Position numbers and translations under genes: made by a program
Origin: Macrostomum hystrix
Lineage: Eukaryota > Animalia > Platyhelminthes
Direction: 5' to 3'
Length of the DNA: 64,000 nucleotides
Assembly: GCA_950097015.1 (NCBI GenBank)
Contig: CATNEN010000039.1
Location: 5,890,001 to 5,954,000 of the forward strand
The notes under the pieces: generated by a model
What the model was told of the DNA's origin: nothing
Databases searched by the model: none
What the model saw: only the letters and a program-made list of their open reading frames with translations
Part shown: in pieces, positions 36,598-54,451 of the stretch
How positions within the stretch are numbered: position 1 is the first letter of the stretch
How the letters are laid out: the number at the start of each line of letters is the position of its first letter

Positions 36598-36872
36598 CAG
36601 GGGTAGGCAAACTTATTTGCTGGCGGGCCAAAGAGAGAACCTAAAAGACGACAGCGGGCCGCATTGACTGTATAAATATGAGATAGGGGAGAGATGAGAC
36701 ACGGGAGAGATGAGACACGGGAGAGATGAGACACAGGAGAGATTAGACACGGGAGAGATTAGACACGAGAGAGATGAAACAGGACACTGTAGATGTCAGA
36801 AGGGGCAACGGGCCGGATTTGGGAGCTTCGAGGGCCGCATCTGGCCCGCGGGCCGGAGTTTGCCGACCCCTG
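36598..36872. mobile_element. Non-autonomous hAT (Charlie-like) MITE, 275 bp
   Basis: TIRs CAGGGGTAGGCAAAC / GTTTGCCGACCCCTG; 8-bp TSD TACTAAAC (36590-36597, 36873-36880). Confidence 0.92.
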
Positions 36873-36894
36873 TACTAAACACTCATTAATGTCA

Positions 36895-37090
36895 ACCTCA
36901 AAATCCACAGTGGCACACTCCAAATCCACAATGGCACACTCCAAATCCACAATGGCACACTCCAAATCCACAGTGGCACACTCCAAATCCACAATGGCAC
37001 ACTCCAAATCCACAATGGCACACTCCGAATCCACAATAGAACCCTCCAAATCCTCAAAATCCACAGTGGCAGCCGGCAAATCCACAATTT
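36895..37090. repeat. 21-bp minisatellite (CAAATCCACAATGGCACACTC)
   Basis: Directly visible. Confidence 0.88.
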
Positions 37091-37559
37091 CTGAAAGCCC
37101 TGGCTACGTGCCTGAGGCCAAGCAAACTTAGAAGGTTCACATCAGAACTTTCAGTTGCAAAGGTCGCATTATGATAATTGTGTCAGTACAAAATGCCCCA
37201 GCTGCGGAAATATCCGGTCTGCTCAAAGATTATGAGCTAGGCAGAATTTCAATCAAATAAAACTAAGAGATGATTGATTAAACCATTTGGCCCAGAAATC
37301 AGTGATTGATTGAGAAAGCCGTGGACATTTGTATTCACCGAGTACCAATAAAGAACTTTGTGTTGAAGTTTGAAATTTCATATTCTATGCAGATTTGATT
37401 GACGAAGAAATGTAAGGCAAACGAGCTATTTGAGACTGTCTGCCTGGGACTGAATCACTTCATGAGTGAACTTATTATAATATTTACCTGCCAGTACATC
37501 TTAGTCGAGACATATGGGAACAGCAGAGGTCCACAGCTCCTCGGAGAACTGACCAAAAC

Positions 37560-37990
37560 CCAGTCCTTCAGAGCCCCTCAGTCCTTCAGGGAACAGCTGA
37601 GCCACTCAGTCCTTCAGGGAACAGCTGAGCCACTCAGTCCTTCAGGGAACAGCTGAGCCACTCAGTCCTTCAGGGAACAGCTGAGCCACTCAGTCCTTCA
37701 GGGAACAGCTGAGCCACTCAGTCCTTCAGGGAACAGCTGAGCCACTCAGTCCTTCAGGGAACAGCTGAGCTCCCAAGTCCCCCATTCCTTCAGGGAACAG
37801 CTGAGCTCCCAAGTCCCCCATTCCTTCAGGGAACAGCTGAGCTCCCAAGTCCCCCATTCCTTCAGGGAACAGCTGAGCTCCCAAGTCCCCCATTCCTTCA
37901 GGGAACAGCTGAGCTCCCAAGTCCCCCATTCCTTCAGGGAACAGCTGAGCTCCCAAGTCCCCCATTCCTTCAGAGAACAGCTGAGCCCAC
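37560..37990. repeat. Compound 28-bp then 36-bp minisatellite sharing CCTTCAGGGAACAGCTGAGC
   Basis: Directly visible. Confidence 0.92.
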
Positions 37991-39570
37991 AGTACTATAG
38001 CTAAGATCTGAGCCCTTCAGTACTCTAGTACATTAATATAGACTCACGTGTGTTGTGCAGAGCTGCATAGGCTGAATTACTTAGAATCAAGATTGCACCA
38101 CTGTTGGTGCTGCAGTCAGCATGAAGGCGTTATAATTCCAGGTTTAGAGTTAGTACACGCAAGCTAGAAATACTTGCACCGCGCCGGGGCGAATTAACTG
38201 CTGGGCCACCTCTTCTCTGCTGTTCCCCCGGGGCTCAACCAGCGCAGCTCTCGGCTCTTCCTCGATCCCTTCTAAGCCTGCAGACCGTGTGGACCAAAGT
38301 AATCACACGCGCCTATGCACTCTCGGTTGCTGCAGTGTCGCAGGCACAGTTTTGAGCAGTGTTGTCTCACGCAGTCCAGTGCTAGCTGCATCTCATGATC
38401 TATTCGCCTTCTTCCCGGTGTGATATGCGCGGTCCTGCCATTTGCATAGACGCGAGCAGCATTCACTCGGGCTGGACCAATGGCAGAGGGGCGCAGTTTA
38501 TGGGCCTCATACAATACAGTAGAAGGATTTATAGCGATCCTCGTAACACGAGTTAATGGCGAGCCTTGTGACTTTGACTGTTCAGATGACTTTTGGCTTT
38601 TTAAACATATTGCCACTCCAACTGTAAATTATTAATATTAGCTGCAAAAGGACTAGCTACGTTGCGCTCCAACCAACTAGCAATACAAGTGTCAATATAA
38701 GGGGCGGGATGTAGTAAAATAAAACTAACAATTTTTGGTAACATATAAGCGAGTTGTAAATATACATCATCTATAACGTAATTTGCATTTTCTATGCATG
38801 TATACAGGTCTTAGGTTTTTTAAAGTTAAATATATACAGTTCGCATATTACATACATGACATTGTCTTTCCTTCTGTTCATTTTTTATTTTAGAGAAAGC
38901 GTTTCCTAATCGAAGCACTTAAATTAGTAATACGTTTGGGTTTAATGACAGAAGCTAAATTAAAACAATATTAATTCTTGCACTTTACAGTTGAAGGATC
39001 AAAGCAGAGTGAGAATTTCGCTTTTGCTTTCGAATTTCGAAAGGAGAATTTCGCAAAGAAAAACTGCAACTGGATCTTTTTATAAAAATTCTGCTACATT
39101 AAGATGTAGGCTACAGGCTAACAAATGTATAACACTTTGTAATATTAGCTTGCTTTTTGTTTGGGTAGATTGTACCCGGAAAAAAAACAAGCGCGAGTTT
39201 GTAATTAGGCAATCAAGGAATTTAATTGACTTGTGTTTTTGAAATAGGCCTATTCGAATATATATTCGTTTTTAATCAATCGAATTAAATAGGTAAATTT
39301 GTTAATGAATTATCATTGATCCAACTATAATTACAGGCCTACCTGAGTTATAAACTAACTGCCTAACTAGTATTTTTCAGAAAAGTAAAGAACTACAATT
39401 ATTAAATTACTCCTGAGAAACATTCATTGCCCTCGCCACATCGATATTCATATATTATATTTTATGAATGTCACAGATAACTTTTAAACTTAGTTACACA
39501 GTCACAGATAACTTTTATGTGCATTGATTGAGGACAACAAAATTTATTCAGTAGGCCTATATGTTTATTT

Positions 39571-40045
39571 GGTCCCAGGTCATTTCGGTGACAAGACATT
39601 TCGGTGACAGTCATTTCGGTGACAACTCAAGTCATTTCAGTGACACAATTAGTCAGATTAGTGACAACTATTTTTGCACCTAAATATGCTAAAAACAGCC
39701 TTCCATTTTAACTATGCACACTTATAAAGTATTAATTAAATAATGCTTTAAGCATTAATAAGAAGCTGCATCGCTCTGATTAAGTCTGGGTTTTAATTTA
39801 AATGAGTTAAATTATTAAATTATTTAATAAGTAGTCAATAGTTTCAATAGTTATTTGTATCTAATTAAATGTGTATAATAATCATTTTTCAAGTTTTGGG
39901 TTGACAAGGCGAGTGCAGCTGCTGGATCATGGAAGGCTGTTTTCTCATCATATTTAGGTGCAAAGATAGTTGTCACAGAACGGACCAATTCTGTCACCGA
40001 AATGACTGTCACCAAAATGTCTTGTCACCGAAATGACCTGGGACC
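39571..40045. mobile_element. 475-bp MITE with ~55-bp internally repetitive TIRs and 8-bp TSD (superfamily uncertain, MULE/Merlin-like)
   Basis: GGTCCCAGGTCATTTCGGTGACAAGACATTTCGGTGACAG... and its inverted copy ending ...GAAATGACCTGGGACC; TSD GTTTATTT at 39563-39570 and 40046-40053. Confidence 0.88.
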
Positions 40046-40719
40046 GTTTATTTGCTAGCTTCATACAGTTTCCTAGTCTTATGCTTAAAATTGGTCCCAT
40101 CTATTAATTTTGGTAACAATCCAGACCAGGCTATTGTTTTTAATTTTGTTTACAATGTAAAAAAATTAGGCCTAATCAATGAAGTTCGAAGGATTGAATT
40201 TGAATGAATGAACCCTATTAGAGCAAATAAAGAAATTAATGTAGGCCTAGCAAACTTTGTAGGACATTGTGATCTTAGATTCTTAGTCATATAGGAAAAT
40301 CTATTAGCATACTTAATCTGTTTCCTAAAATGCAAAGAATTCCATCTAAATAGAGATTTATTGTCTAATAACTAATAAGGTGTAGGCCCTTAATAAATTA
40401 TGGCATATGTTCTATATTGTTTTTTGTTAAATTATTTTGACACATTTTTTAACTTGTGTGTGTATGGAGTACATATGAATTTGAATTTGCAAATCATGGT
40501 ATGGCAAGAGTCTGGTCTGAGTCTGGGCCCTATAAGGGGTGTCTATGGTCAAAAGTCTTATATGTTCTATATTTAGTTAAGGTTTTCAATTCCTTACATT
40601 TTGTCTTTATACTTCTTTTCCTTCTCCAAAAGCTAACTAGTATACCATGGCCAGTAGGCCCTTAGCACCTACAAACATTATTTAACCAAATGAAATTGAG
40701 CCTGCTAATGCACTACTCA

Positions 40720-41410
40720 CCTTCCTGAGTGACCTGTGGACAATGCATGCCAACATGGTGGACACTAATGCAACTATTGATTGGTTGGTCAAATACCAAC
40801 TATTAGCCAACTCTTGCTTACAAGTGCTGTGGCCAGGCCATGAAGCTACAGTGGTGCCAAAGGGACCAGTTTATTTATGGCTATGCCTAGAGTTGCAATG
40901 CTTGCCATGGCCAGAGCTCCATCTGGAAAGGGTTTTTATTTGAGTGTAGTCACATTGAGCTCACCTAACTAGTCGACTTCAGACTCCTCTGGTCAATGGA
41001 ATTAAGTCAGGAAGAAATAGAATAGCAGACACACTTGGCTCATTGTCATGTGGTGGACTGGTATAACTTCTGTCAGCATGTCTATGCTGGCTACATTTTT
41101 GCTGACCCTATACAGCAGGGGTAGGCAAACTTATTTGCTGGTGGGCCAAAGAGAGAACCTAAAAGACGACAATGGGCCACATTGACTGTATAAATATGAG
41201 ATAGGGGAGAGATGAGACACGAGAGAGATGAGACATGGGAGAGATAAGACAGGTGAGAGATTAGACATGAGATAGATGAAACAGGACACTGCAGATGTCA
41301 GAAGGGGCAATGGGCCAAATTTGGGAGCTTCGAGGGTGGCATCTGGCCCGCGGGCCGGAGTTTGCCGACCCCTGCTATACAGCTTCAGTGGCACGGGCTA
41401 CAAATTTGAA
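40720..41410 (+). pseudogene. Decayed Merlin/IS1016(IS1595)-type transposase N-terminal fragment, interrupted by a hAT MITE
   Basis: Translates with stops and a frameshift as IDWLVKYQLLAN..KCCGQAMKL..YA*SCNAC..SSIWKGFLFECSHI..VVDWYNFCQHV..DPIQ, resembling the Zn-ribbon and VVDWxNFCR motifs of Merlin transposases. Confidence 0.65.
41116..41374. mobile_element. Second copy of the hAT MITE, 259 bp
   Basis: Same TIRs; 8-bp TSD CTATACAG (41108-41115, 41375-41382); one fewer internal 16-bp unit than the 36.6-kb copy. Confidence 0.92.
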
Positions 41411-41770
41411 GTGTAGGAATCACAATTTTTCACTAAAAATACCAACGGGGCACACCGCAATGATATATGGGTCCATTGTGCAGTTAAATTCAATAAATGG
41501 CAAATGTTTAGCTAGCTACAAAATAAAAATCTATAATTTATGTGGGTTTGTGTGATTTTGTCTTCGTCCTAGAGCTTCAAATTCCTGTTCTCTTAAATGC
41601 CAGGGGTCTCTTTGTCCAATAATAGCAGGAGTAAATGAGTAAATATACTCAGATTTAATAGTTCGATGCTTTGTCATGTAATAATATTTTTTATCTATTT
41701 TATATAGCTTTTTCTAAAGCGAAATAAATTTTATTTCAAAATTTTTGCAACTATTTCAGAACCCATAGCA

Positions 41771-42898
41771 ATGTCTCTGCAATGGTTGCTAGTTAACTTG
41801 TTTGTCTATGCAGAAGTGGCCATTTTGCTGGCCATGTGCCTGCCAATATTCAGTGTTCAGCGTTGGCGTAGAATACTGCGGTCTAGACTGTTGCGCAAGC
41901 TAGACGCATGGGCCTATGTGTACTTTAATGTGTTTCTAGGCCTGTTAGCCCTTCTGCTGCTGGATGCTTTCAGAAAACTGCGACACTTCTCCGCGGGATG
42001 TGCTCGCCAAGATGATCGGGTCAATCCAAATGGATACAACTTGTGTAGGATGAGGCATTTCCGAGCGCAGAGTAACTTCACGTTGGCGGCTGGTGCACTT
42101 CTACTCTGGCTAGTGCTCAAATGGATGGTGCGCTCACTTGTGAGCAGGGCATTTCTGGAACAGGTGAGGCGACTAGTTGAAAGCAAGCGCGACTTCGCGA
42201 AAATCATCTGAATAACTTGTGAATCAACTGTACATTACATAGAATCAGGCAAAAAATGAAGTAAATTAACCTCTTCAGAATCACCTAAACCTATTCAGAA
42301 TCACCTAAACCTATTCAGAATCACCTTAACCTATCCAGAATCACCCAATCCTCTTTAGAATCAACCAAACCTCCTCAGAATCACCCAAACGTCTTCAGAA
42401 TCACCTAAATCTCTTTTTAGACTCACTAAAGCTCTTTAGAATCTCCCAAAACTCTTCAGAATCACCCAAACCTCTTCAGAATCACCCAAACCTCTTCAGA
42501 ATCACCCAAACCTCTTCAGAATCACCCAAAACTCTTCAGAATCACCCAAACCTCTTCAGAATCACCCAAACCTCTTCAGAATCACCCAAACCTCTTCAGA
42601 ATCACCCAAAACTCTTCAGAATCACCCAAACCTCTTCAGAATCACCCAAACCTCTTCAGAATCACCAAAATCTCTTCACAATCACCTAAATCTCTTTTTA
42701 GACTCACTAAAGCTCTTTAGAATCTCCCAAATTTGTCCGCAATCCCACAAATGCTCACTGATCACATTGTAGGACTTGGCGACTGAGAGAGCTAAGGTCA
42801 GTGATTTGCAGCGCCAACTGGCCGATGCTCAGCTATTAGCCAAGACATCTCCGGTTAATGGCGCTGGTGACTCTACGATAGACAAGAAGATCGATTGA
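41771..42898 (+). CDS. BCAP31: BAP29/BAP31 family ER membrane protein, short form, 172 aa (exons 41771-42163, 42773-42898)
   Basis: MSLQW..FVYAEV..CLP..RW, MRHFRAQSNF, three TM segments, C-terminal KKID* ER-retrieval motif, AATAAA at ~42920. Confidence 0.85.
42268..42730. repeat. 20-bp intronic minisatellite (CCTCTTCAGAATCACCCAAA)
   Basis: Directly visible. Confidence 0.92.
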
Positions 42899-43273
42899 TC
42901 TATTAAAATTAGTTTTTTTAATAAATAAAGCCTTAATTAGACACTGAATCCCAGATTTAAGTGGTCATTACAGTAAGTGATCTTAAGTGGTCTACAGTAC
43001 TATTAAGTACAATACGAATAATCACAATCACACAGTACTTCTGTGGAAGATGCAGTACCCCGTACAGGCCTGGCACTCCGAAAGGAAAGACACGAATGCG
43101 GCGCTTACCGGTCGGAACGCAGAATAACAGGATGACTTCAATTTCGTGTATTTGTATGTACTAACTTGAGACTTCGCAGTAAGAGACCGACACGGGCAGA
43201 TATTGACAAACAAATAGGGCAGCTGGGGGCAGGCAGGGGAGGCGGTGCACAAACAGAGTCAAGCCACCAGCGC

Positions 43274-43525
43274 GCAGGGAGGGGAGGGTTGTACGCGCTG
43301 GCCGGGTGGACGGGCAAAGCTACGCAGAGCTGATTGGCGGGAGGGGCAAAGCCACGCAGGGAGGGGAGGGTTGTACGCGCTGGCCGGGTGGACGGGCAAA
43401 GCTACGCAGAGCTGATTGGCGGGAGGGGCAAAGCCACGCAGGGAGGGGAGGGTTGTACGCGCTGGCCGGGTGGACGGGCAAAGCTACGCAGAGCTGATTG
43501 GCGGGAGGGGCAAAGCCACGCAGGG
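43274..43525. repeat. GC-rich 82-bp tandem repeat x3 containing CTGATTGG and GC-box-like motifs
   Basis: Units at 43274, 43356, 43438. Confidence 0.9.
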
Positions 43526-43944
43526 CCGGGGTAAGGGTTGACAGACAATGCTCGCGCCCAGCCAATCTGATGGCGGCACAGGGCACCCTGAGCAGGGCCG
43601 GGTTAGGAGGGAGAGAAAGGGCGAGGCCAAGACCGAGCCAAACACAACGGCCTTGGCGAGCAGCCGACCTGAGAAACACAGAAATGCACTTTTTATATTG
43701 ATTTAATTTTCACGGGTCGATGATTTAATTATTTATTCTTGAGCAGCACTTTTTTATCGATTCTGTATTAATCATTCAAAGTAAGAAGTATTCCGAAAAC
43801 AATAATGCTTTCAGTTATACAGAGTCTTACTATTTATAGTCTTATTTAAAAACCTGTCTTTATTATTTCTTATTTTGTCCATACATTTTAAGCTTTAACT
43901 AATTATTGTGGAATAAAAAGTTGTAGGTCATTGCAGTGATTTTT

Positions 43945-44235
43945 TGCCAGAATCCCAACTAGATTTGTAGCCAGAATCTCAACTAGATTTGTAGCCAGAA
44001 TCGCAGCTAGACTTGTAGCCAGAATCGCAGCTAGACTTGTAGCCAGAATCCCAACTAGACTTGTAGCCAGAATCGCAGCTAGACTTGTAGCCAGAATCGC
44101 AGCTAGACTTGTAGCCAGAATCGCAGCTAGACTTGTAGCCAGAATCGCAGCTAGATTTGTAGCCAGAATCGCAGCTAGACTTGTAGCCAGAATCGCAGCT
44201 AGACTTGTAGCCAGAATCGCAGCAGGATTTGTAAA
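43945..44235. repeat. 24-bp minisatellite (GTAGCCAGAATCGCAGCTAGACTT)
   Basis: Directly visible. Confidence 0.93.
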
Positions 44236-44368
44236 ATAGCTTTTGTGCAAATTGCTAGTGCAAGAATATAATGTTATTGATAAACAACCCTTTTTGCTGC
44301 TGTGAGCTGCATTATTCTCCTACCCTACAATGCTAACATTTTAGCTAGCGAATTTCCCGAGTCCGCAA

Positions 44369-46314
44369 ATGGCTTCCAGCGAGCCAGAGAGGGGCTACAG
44401 GGTGGGCAACCTGGCCAAGCTCGAGTCCAGGTTCAAATGTGCCTACTGCCACCTGCTGCTGAGAGACCCAATGCAGGGTGACTGCGGTCACAGGTACTGC
44501 AGGAACTGTGTACAGCTGATGCACTCGGAGGCCCGTGAGCTCAGGCAGCCGTCTCTTTGCCGCGAATGCGACCCAAGCGACTCCGAGCGGGCTGAGATCT
44601 CTACAGACCGAACTTACCCGGACCTGGCCATGAAGCGAGAGATCAACAAGTCGCTGCAGGTGAACTGCCCGAACTCTCCGTGTGACAGCAGCATGCAGGT
44701 GATTCAGCTCGATGAGCACCTGAAGGTGTGCGACTTCAGGCCAGAGCCGTGCAGCCAGTGCGGAGACGAGGTGCCGTTGAGCAGCATGGATGAGCACAAG
44801 TTAAAAAAGTGTCGCAGAAGACTTGTAGACTGCGGTGTCTGCCATGAACCTGTACCTTATGAGCTGCTGGATGAGCACAAGAGCTCAACATGCAAGGGTA
44901 GCACAGTGCAGTGCGAGTACTGCCAATCCCGCATCAGGGACACTGATGAGGCAAAACAGACTCATTGGCTGAAGGAGTGTCCGGTGGGCTGGCACAGCGG
45001 CAACTGTCCGTACGGTTGCCAGGACGTTGGCAAGGACTTTGAGAAGCACCGAGCGGAGCACTTGGCTACACACCTTGACAGACTGTTGGCAATGTCCAAG
45101 CAGCCCAACAGCTCCCAGCAACAGCAACAGCAGCAGCAGCAGCCAGCTGAGGCATCCAGGGGGGCTGCCCTCATGCCAGCCTCTGAGCTCACCGGAGCAG
45201 ACTTTGATGAGCTGAGCAAACTAAAAGAGAAAGCGGCTTCTCTGGAGTCCAGGATAAAGTCCCTTGCCTTGCCAGGCGACCTGCATCAGCTGCTGCGAGA
45301 TCTTCAGGGCAGCATCGCTCAGGGAGACAAGGTGGCGGAGCTGCTCAACGTTATCAAGGAGCAGTTTGAGAAGTGCTACGACAAGATCCGGCAGTATGAG
45401 CTGAAGATGCAGAAGGACCTGGAGAAGAAGCTGGACATTGAGCGCAAGCACCAGGAGCTGGTGAAGCTGCTGGCCTACAAGGAGATGAAGATCCTGGACC
45501 TGGAGCGGCGGGTTGAAGTGCTGGAGCACGCCGGCTACGACGGAGTCCTCGTGTGGAAGATCACGGATGTGCGGCGACGCAAGGAGGAGGCCAGGGAGGG
45601 CAAGGTGTGCTCAATCTACTCGCCACCGTTCTACACGGGCAAGGCTGGGTGAGTGAGGACCTCGATCCCGAATCTCTCAATCCGCTCCCGAATCCCCCAA
45701 TCCGCTCCCAAATCCCCCAATCCGTGCCCAAATCCCCCAATCCGTGCCCAAATCCCCCCAATCCACTCCTAAATCCTCCAATACACTCCCAAATCCCCCA
45801 ATCCGCTCCCAAATCCCCAATCCGCTCCAAAATCCCCCAATCCGCTCCGAAATCCTCCAATTCACCCAAACCCCCAAATCCGCTCCCAAATCCTCCAATT
45901 CACCCAAACCCTCAAATCCACTCCCAAATCCTCTAATTAGCTTCTCCGCCGCCCCTCAGGTACAAAATGTGCGGCCGGCTTTACCTGAACGGTGACGGCG
46001 CGGGCAAGAACTCGCACATCAGCCTGTTCTTCGTGATCATGCGAGGCGCCTTCGACGCTCTCCTGCCGTGGCCCTTCGCCAAGAAGGTCTCCATGATGCT
46101 GCTGGACCAGAACTTCGAGGAGCACGTGATCGACGCCTTCAAGCCGGACACTTCGTCGTCTTCCTTCAAGCGGCCCACCACCGACATGAACATCGCCTCC
46201 GGCTGCCCGCTGTTCATGCCGCTGCTGGAATTCGAGAGCAGCTCCCGCGGCTACGTGAAGGACGACACAATGTTCATCAAGTTCATTGTGGACAAGAGCG
46301 ACCTGCCCACCTGA
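44369..46314 (+). CDS. TRAF2: TNF receptor-associated factor (TRAF2/3-like), copy 1, 544 aa; exons 44369-45648, 45960-46314
   Basis: RING (CAYC..CGHRYCRNC..CREC), TRAF zinc fingers, coiled coil, MATH domain (GYKMCGRLYLNGDG..WPF..DMNIASGCPLF). Confidence 0.93.
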
Positions 46315-46636
46315 AATATTTATTGTCTTTAGTTCTCTAAACCAATTGCTCATCATGCATCAGATTGTACTTTTATTCTGGGGCAGAAATGATTGCTTGA
46401 CGCAAATGTACAAGCCTTCAGCATTTGATTATGCTTTAGTTTCTCATGAATTTGTTTTATTAGGTTAGTTTCACAAATTTTGTGACTGTTGCTACCATGT
46501 AAATCGTGTAGCCTTAATACGTCGTACATTAAAGTTCTGTTAAAATTAACTTCTAGTTCAAATGATATTATTCTGATTGTTACGCCTTTCTCTAATGAAA
46601 CTTGTAACTCAATATCGATTGCAGTGACCATCTTGG

Positions 46637-47468
46637 TCCTAAATCCTCCAATCCTCCCGCCCTAAACCTCCAATCCGCCGTAAATCCTCCAATCCGCCCT
46701 AAATCCTCCAATCCGCCCTAAATCCTCCAATCCTCCCTAAATCCTCCAATCCGCCCTAAATCCTCCAATCCGCCCTAAATCCTTCAATCCGCCCTGAATC
46801 CTCCAATCCGCCCTAAATCCTCCAATCCGCCCTAAATCCTTCAATCCGCCCTGAATCATCCAATCCGCCCTAAATCCTTCAATCCGCCCTGAATCCTCCA
46901 ATCCGCCCTAAATCCTCCAATCCGCCCTGAATCCTCCAATCCGCCCTAAATCCTCCAATCCGCCCTAAATCCTCCAATCCTCCCTAAATCCTGCAAACCG
47001 CCCTAAATCCTCCAATCCGCCCTAAATCCTGCAATCCGCCTTAAATCCTCCGATCCGCCCTAAATCCACCAATCCGCCCTAAATCCTGCAATCCGCCTTA
47101 AATCCTCCGATCCGCCCTAAATCCTGCAATCCGCCCTAAATCCTCCAAACCGCCCTAAATCCTCCAATCCGCCCTAAATCCTGCAATCCGCTTTAAATCC
47201 TCCGATCCGCCCTAAATCCACCAATCCGCCGTAAAGCCTCCAATCCACCGTAAATCCTCCAATCCGCCCTAAATCCTCCAATCCGCCCTAAATCCTCCAA
47301 TCCTCCCTAAATCCTGCAATTCGCCCTAAATCCTGCAATCCGCCTTAAATCCTCCAATCCGCCCTAAATCCTTCAATCCGCCTTAAATCCTCCAATCCGC
47401 CCTAAATCCTTCAATCCGCCCTAAATCCTCCAATCCTCCCTAAATCCTGCAATCCGCCCTAAATCCTC
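46637..47468. repeat. 19-bp minisatellite (AAATCCTCCAATCCGCCCT), related to the TRAF intron repeat
   Basis: Directly visible. Confidence 0.93.
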
Positions 47469-47559
47469 TTGATTTCAGCTTGTGTTGAAGTTTGTCTTGA
47501 ATTCAGTTATTTGAGTCATTCCTTAATATCTAATTTCTTGATATTTGAGTTGATTAAGA

Positions 47560-48015
47560 ACTAGGTGCTGATTGGGTCAGGCAGAGGTATTAATTGGGTT
47601 AGGCACAGGTGCTGATTGGTTGAGGTACATGTACTGGTTGCTAAGTCAGGCACAGGTGCTGATTGGTTGAGGCACAGGTACTGCTTGTTAATTCAGGCAC
47701 AGGTGCTGATTGGTTGAGGCACAGGTACTGGTTGTTAAGTCAGGCACAGGTGCTGATTGGTTGAGGCACAGGTACTGGTTGTTAAGTCAGGCACAGATGC
47801 TGATTGGTTGAGGCACAGGTACTGGTTGTTAAGTCAGGCACAGATGCTGATTGGTTGAGGCACAGGTACTGGTTGTTAAGTCAGGCACAGATGCTGATTG
47901 GTTGAGGCACAGGTACTGGTTGTTAATTCAGGCACAGGTGCTGATTGGTTGAGGCACATGTACTGGTTGTTAAGTCAGGCACAGGTGCTGATTGGGTGCA
48001 GGTGCTGATAGGGTC
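47560..48015. repeat. 47-bp tandem repeat x~9, most units with CTGATTGGTT (inverted CCAAT box)
   Basis: CAGGCACAGGTGCTGATTGGTTGAGGCACAGGTACTGGTTGTTAAGT. Confidence 0.92.
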
Positions 48016-48047
48016 AGGTACACGTGAGTTGTCTGTCCGCAGACTAG

Positions 48048-53513
<5,466 letters not shown>

Positions 53514-53667
53514 CCGACTGCGGAATGAGAACACTCGCTGTCACTGGCATAGATGTGTACATGTTTTGTTGCACTTTTACAGCAAGGAGTACAATTCTTT
53601 TAACTTAATTATATCCCAATAGTTGCTACCCATGTGTTATTCAGCTATATTGACAGGAAGTATAAGT

Positions 53668-53702
<35 letters not shown>

Positions 53703-53733
53703 ATCTGTCTGTCTGTCTGTCTGTCTGTCTGTC
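53668..53733. repeat. (TCTG)n microsatellite in the 3' region of the ANKRD gene
   Basis: Directly visible. Confidence 0.95.
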
Positions 53734-54269
53734 AATCACATAATGCGACAATGAATAATGTGGATAATGAGTTGTATTTCTTCTGATGTTTGCGAAGCGG
53801 AGTCGCGTAATATTATTTACTAAGGTTTTTTATTTTGCACTTTTTTTAACATTCTCTTTGGCCTAAACCATAAAATTCTGGCAAGATGTGTTTCTCATTA
53901 GGCTAAATTATTAGGAGCACTGTTTCGTGGGCCTGATGTACAGTTGTTTAAATTAATTCATAGATGCCCAAACATACTCATTTTGTGTTGTCAGTTCTTC
54001 TTGTGCATCAAATTGCTTGTGAAACTAATGCAGTCATTATAAAAATAAACTAAACTGTTGCTTGGAGTTGAAGTGCTTCTACTGAGCCTCGCAATGCGGC
54101 TTATCAATAAAAATTAAAAAGGAGAATAATTATTGTGCAGCTTCAGTGTGGGATTCATTTTGCAATACTCGACAATTCAATCTGGAACTAATGTATCGCT
54201 TTAAACGTTTGTGCGCTTTAGTTGGACGTTGCTCAGATCCTCATAATAGAAGTCTTACGTGCGTACGCT

Positions 54270-54344
54270 GGGAATTCCCCGTGTTTCTAAAAATAGTCAT
54301 GCAAGTTTAGTTCCAGATTCGGAAAGACTTGCCGCGGGAAAACC
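54270..54344 (+). promoter_or_regulatory. kappaB-like sites upstream of TRAF copy 2
   Basis: Palindromic GGGAATTCCC at 54270-54279 and GGGAAAACC at 54336-54344. Confidence 0.45.
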
Positions 54345-54451
54345 GTGCTTTTTTCATATAGCCGCCTACAATGCCAACAACAGCTGCCCCGTCTCGAAGC
54401 AATTTGCTCCCTGAAGCTAAAGTAAATCAGTGTAATAGACGACACTATCAA

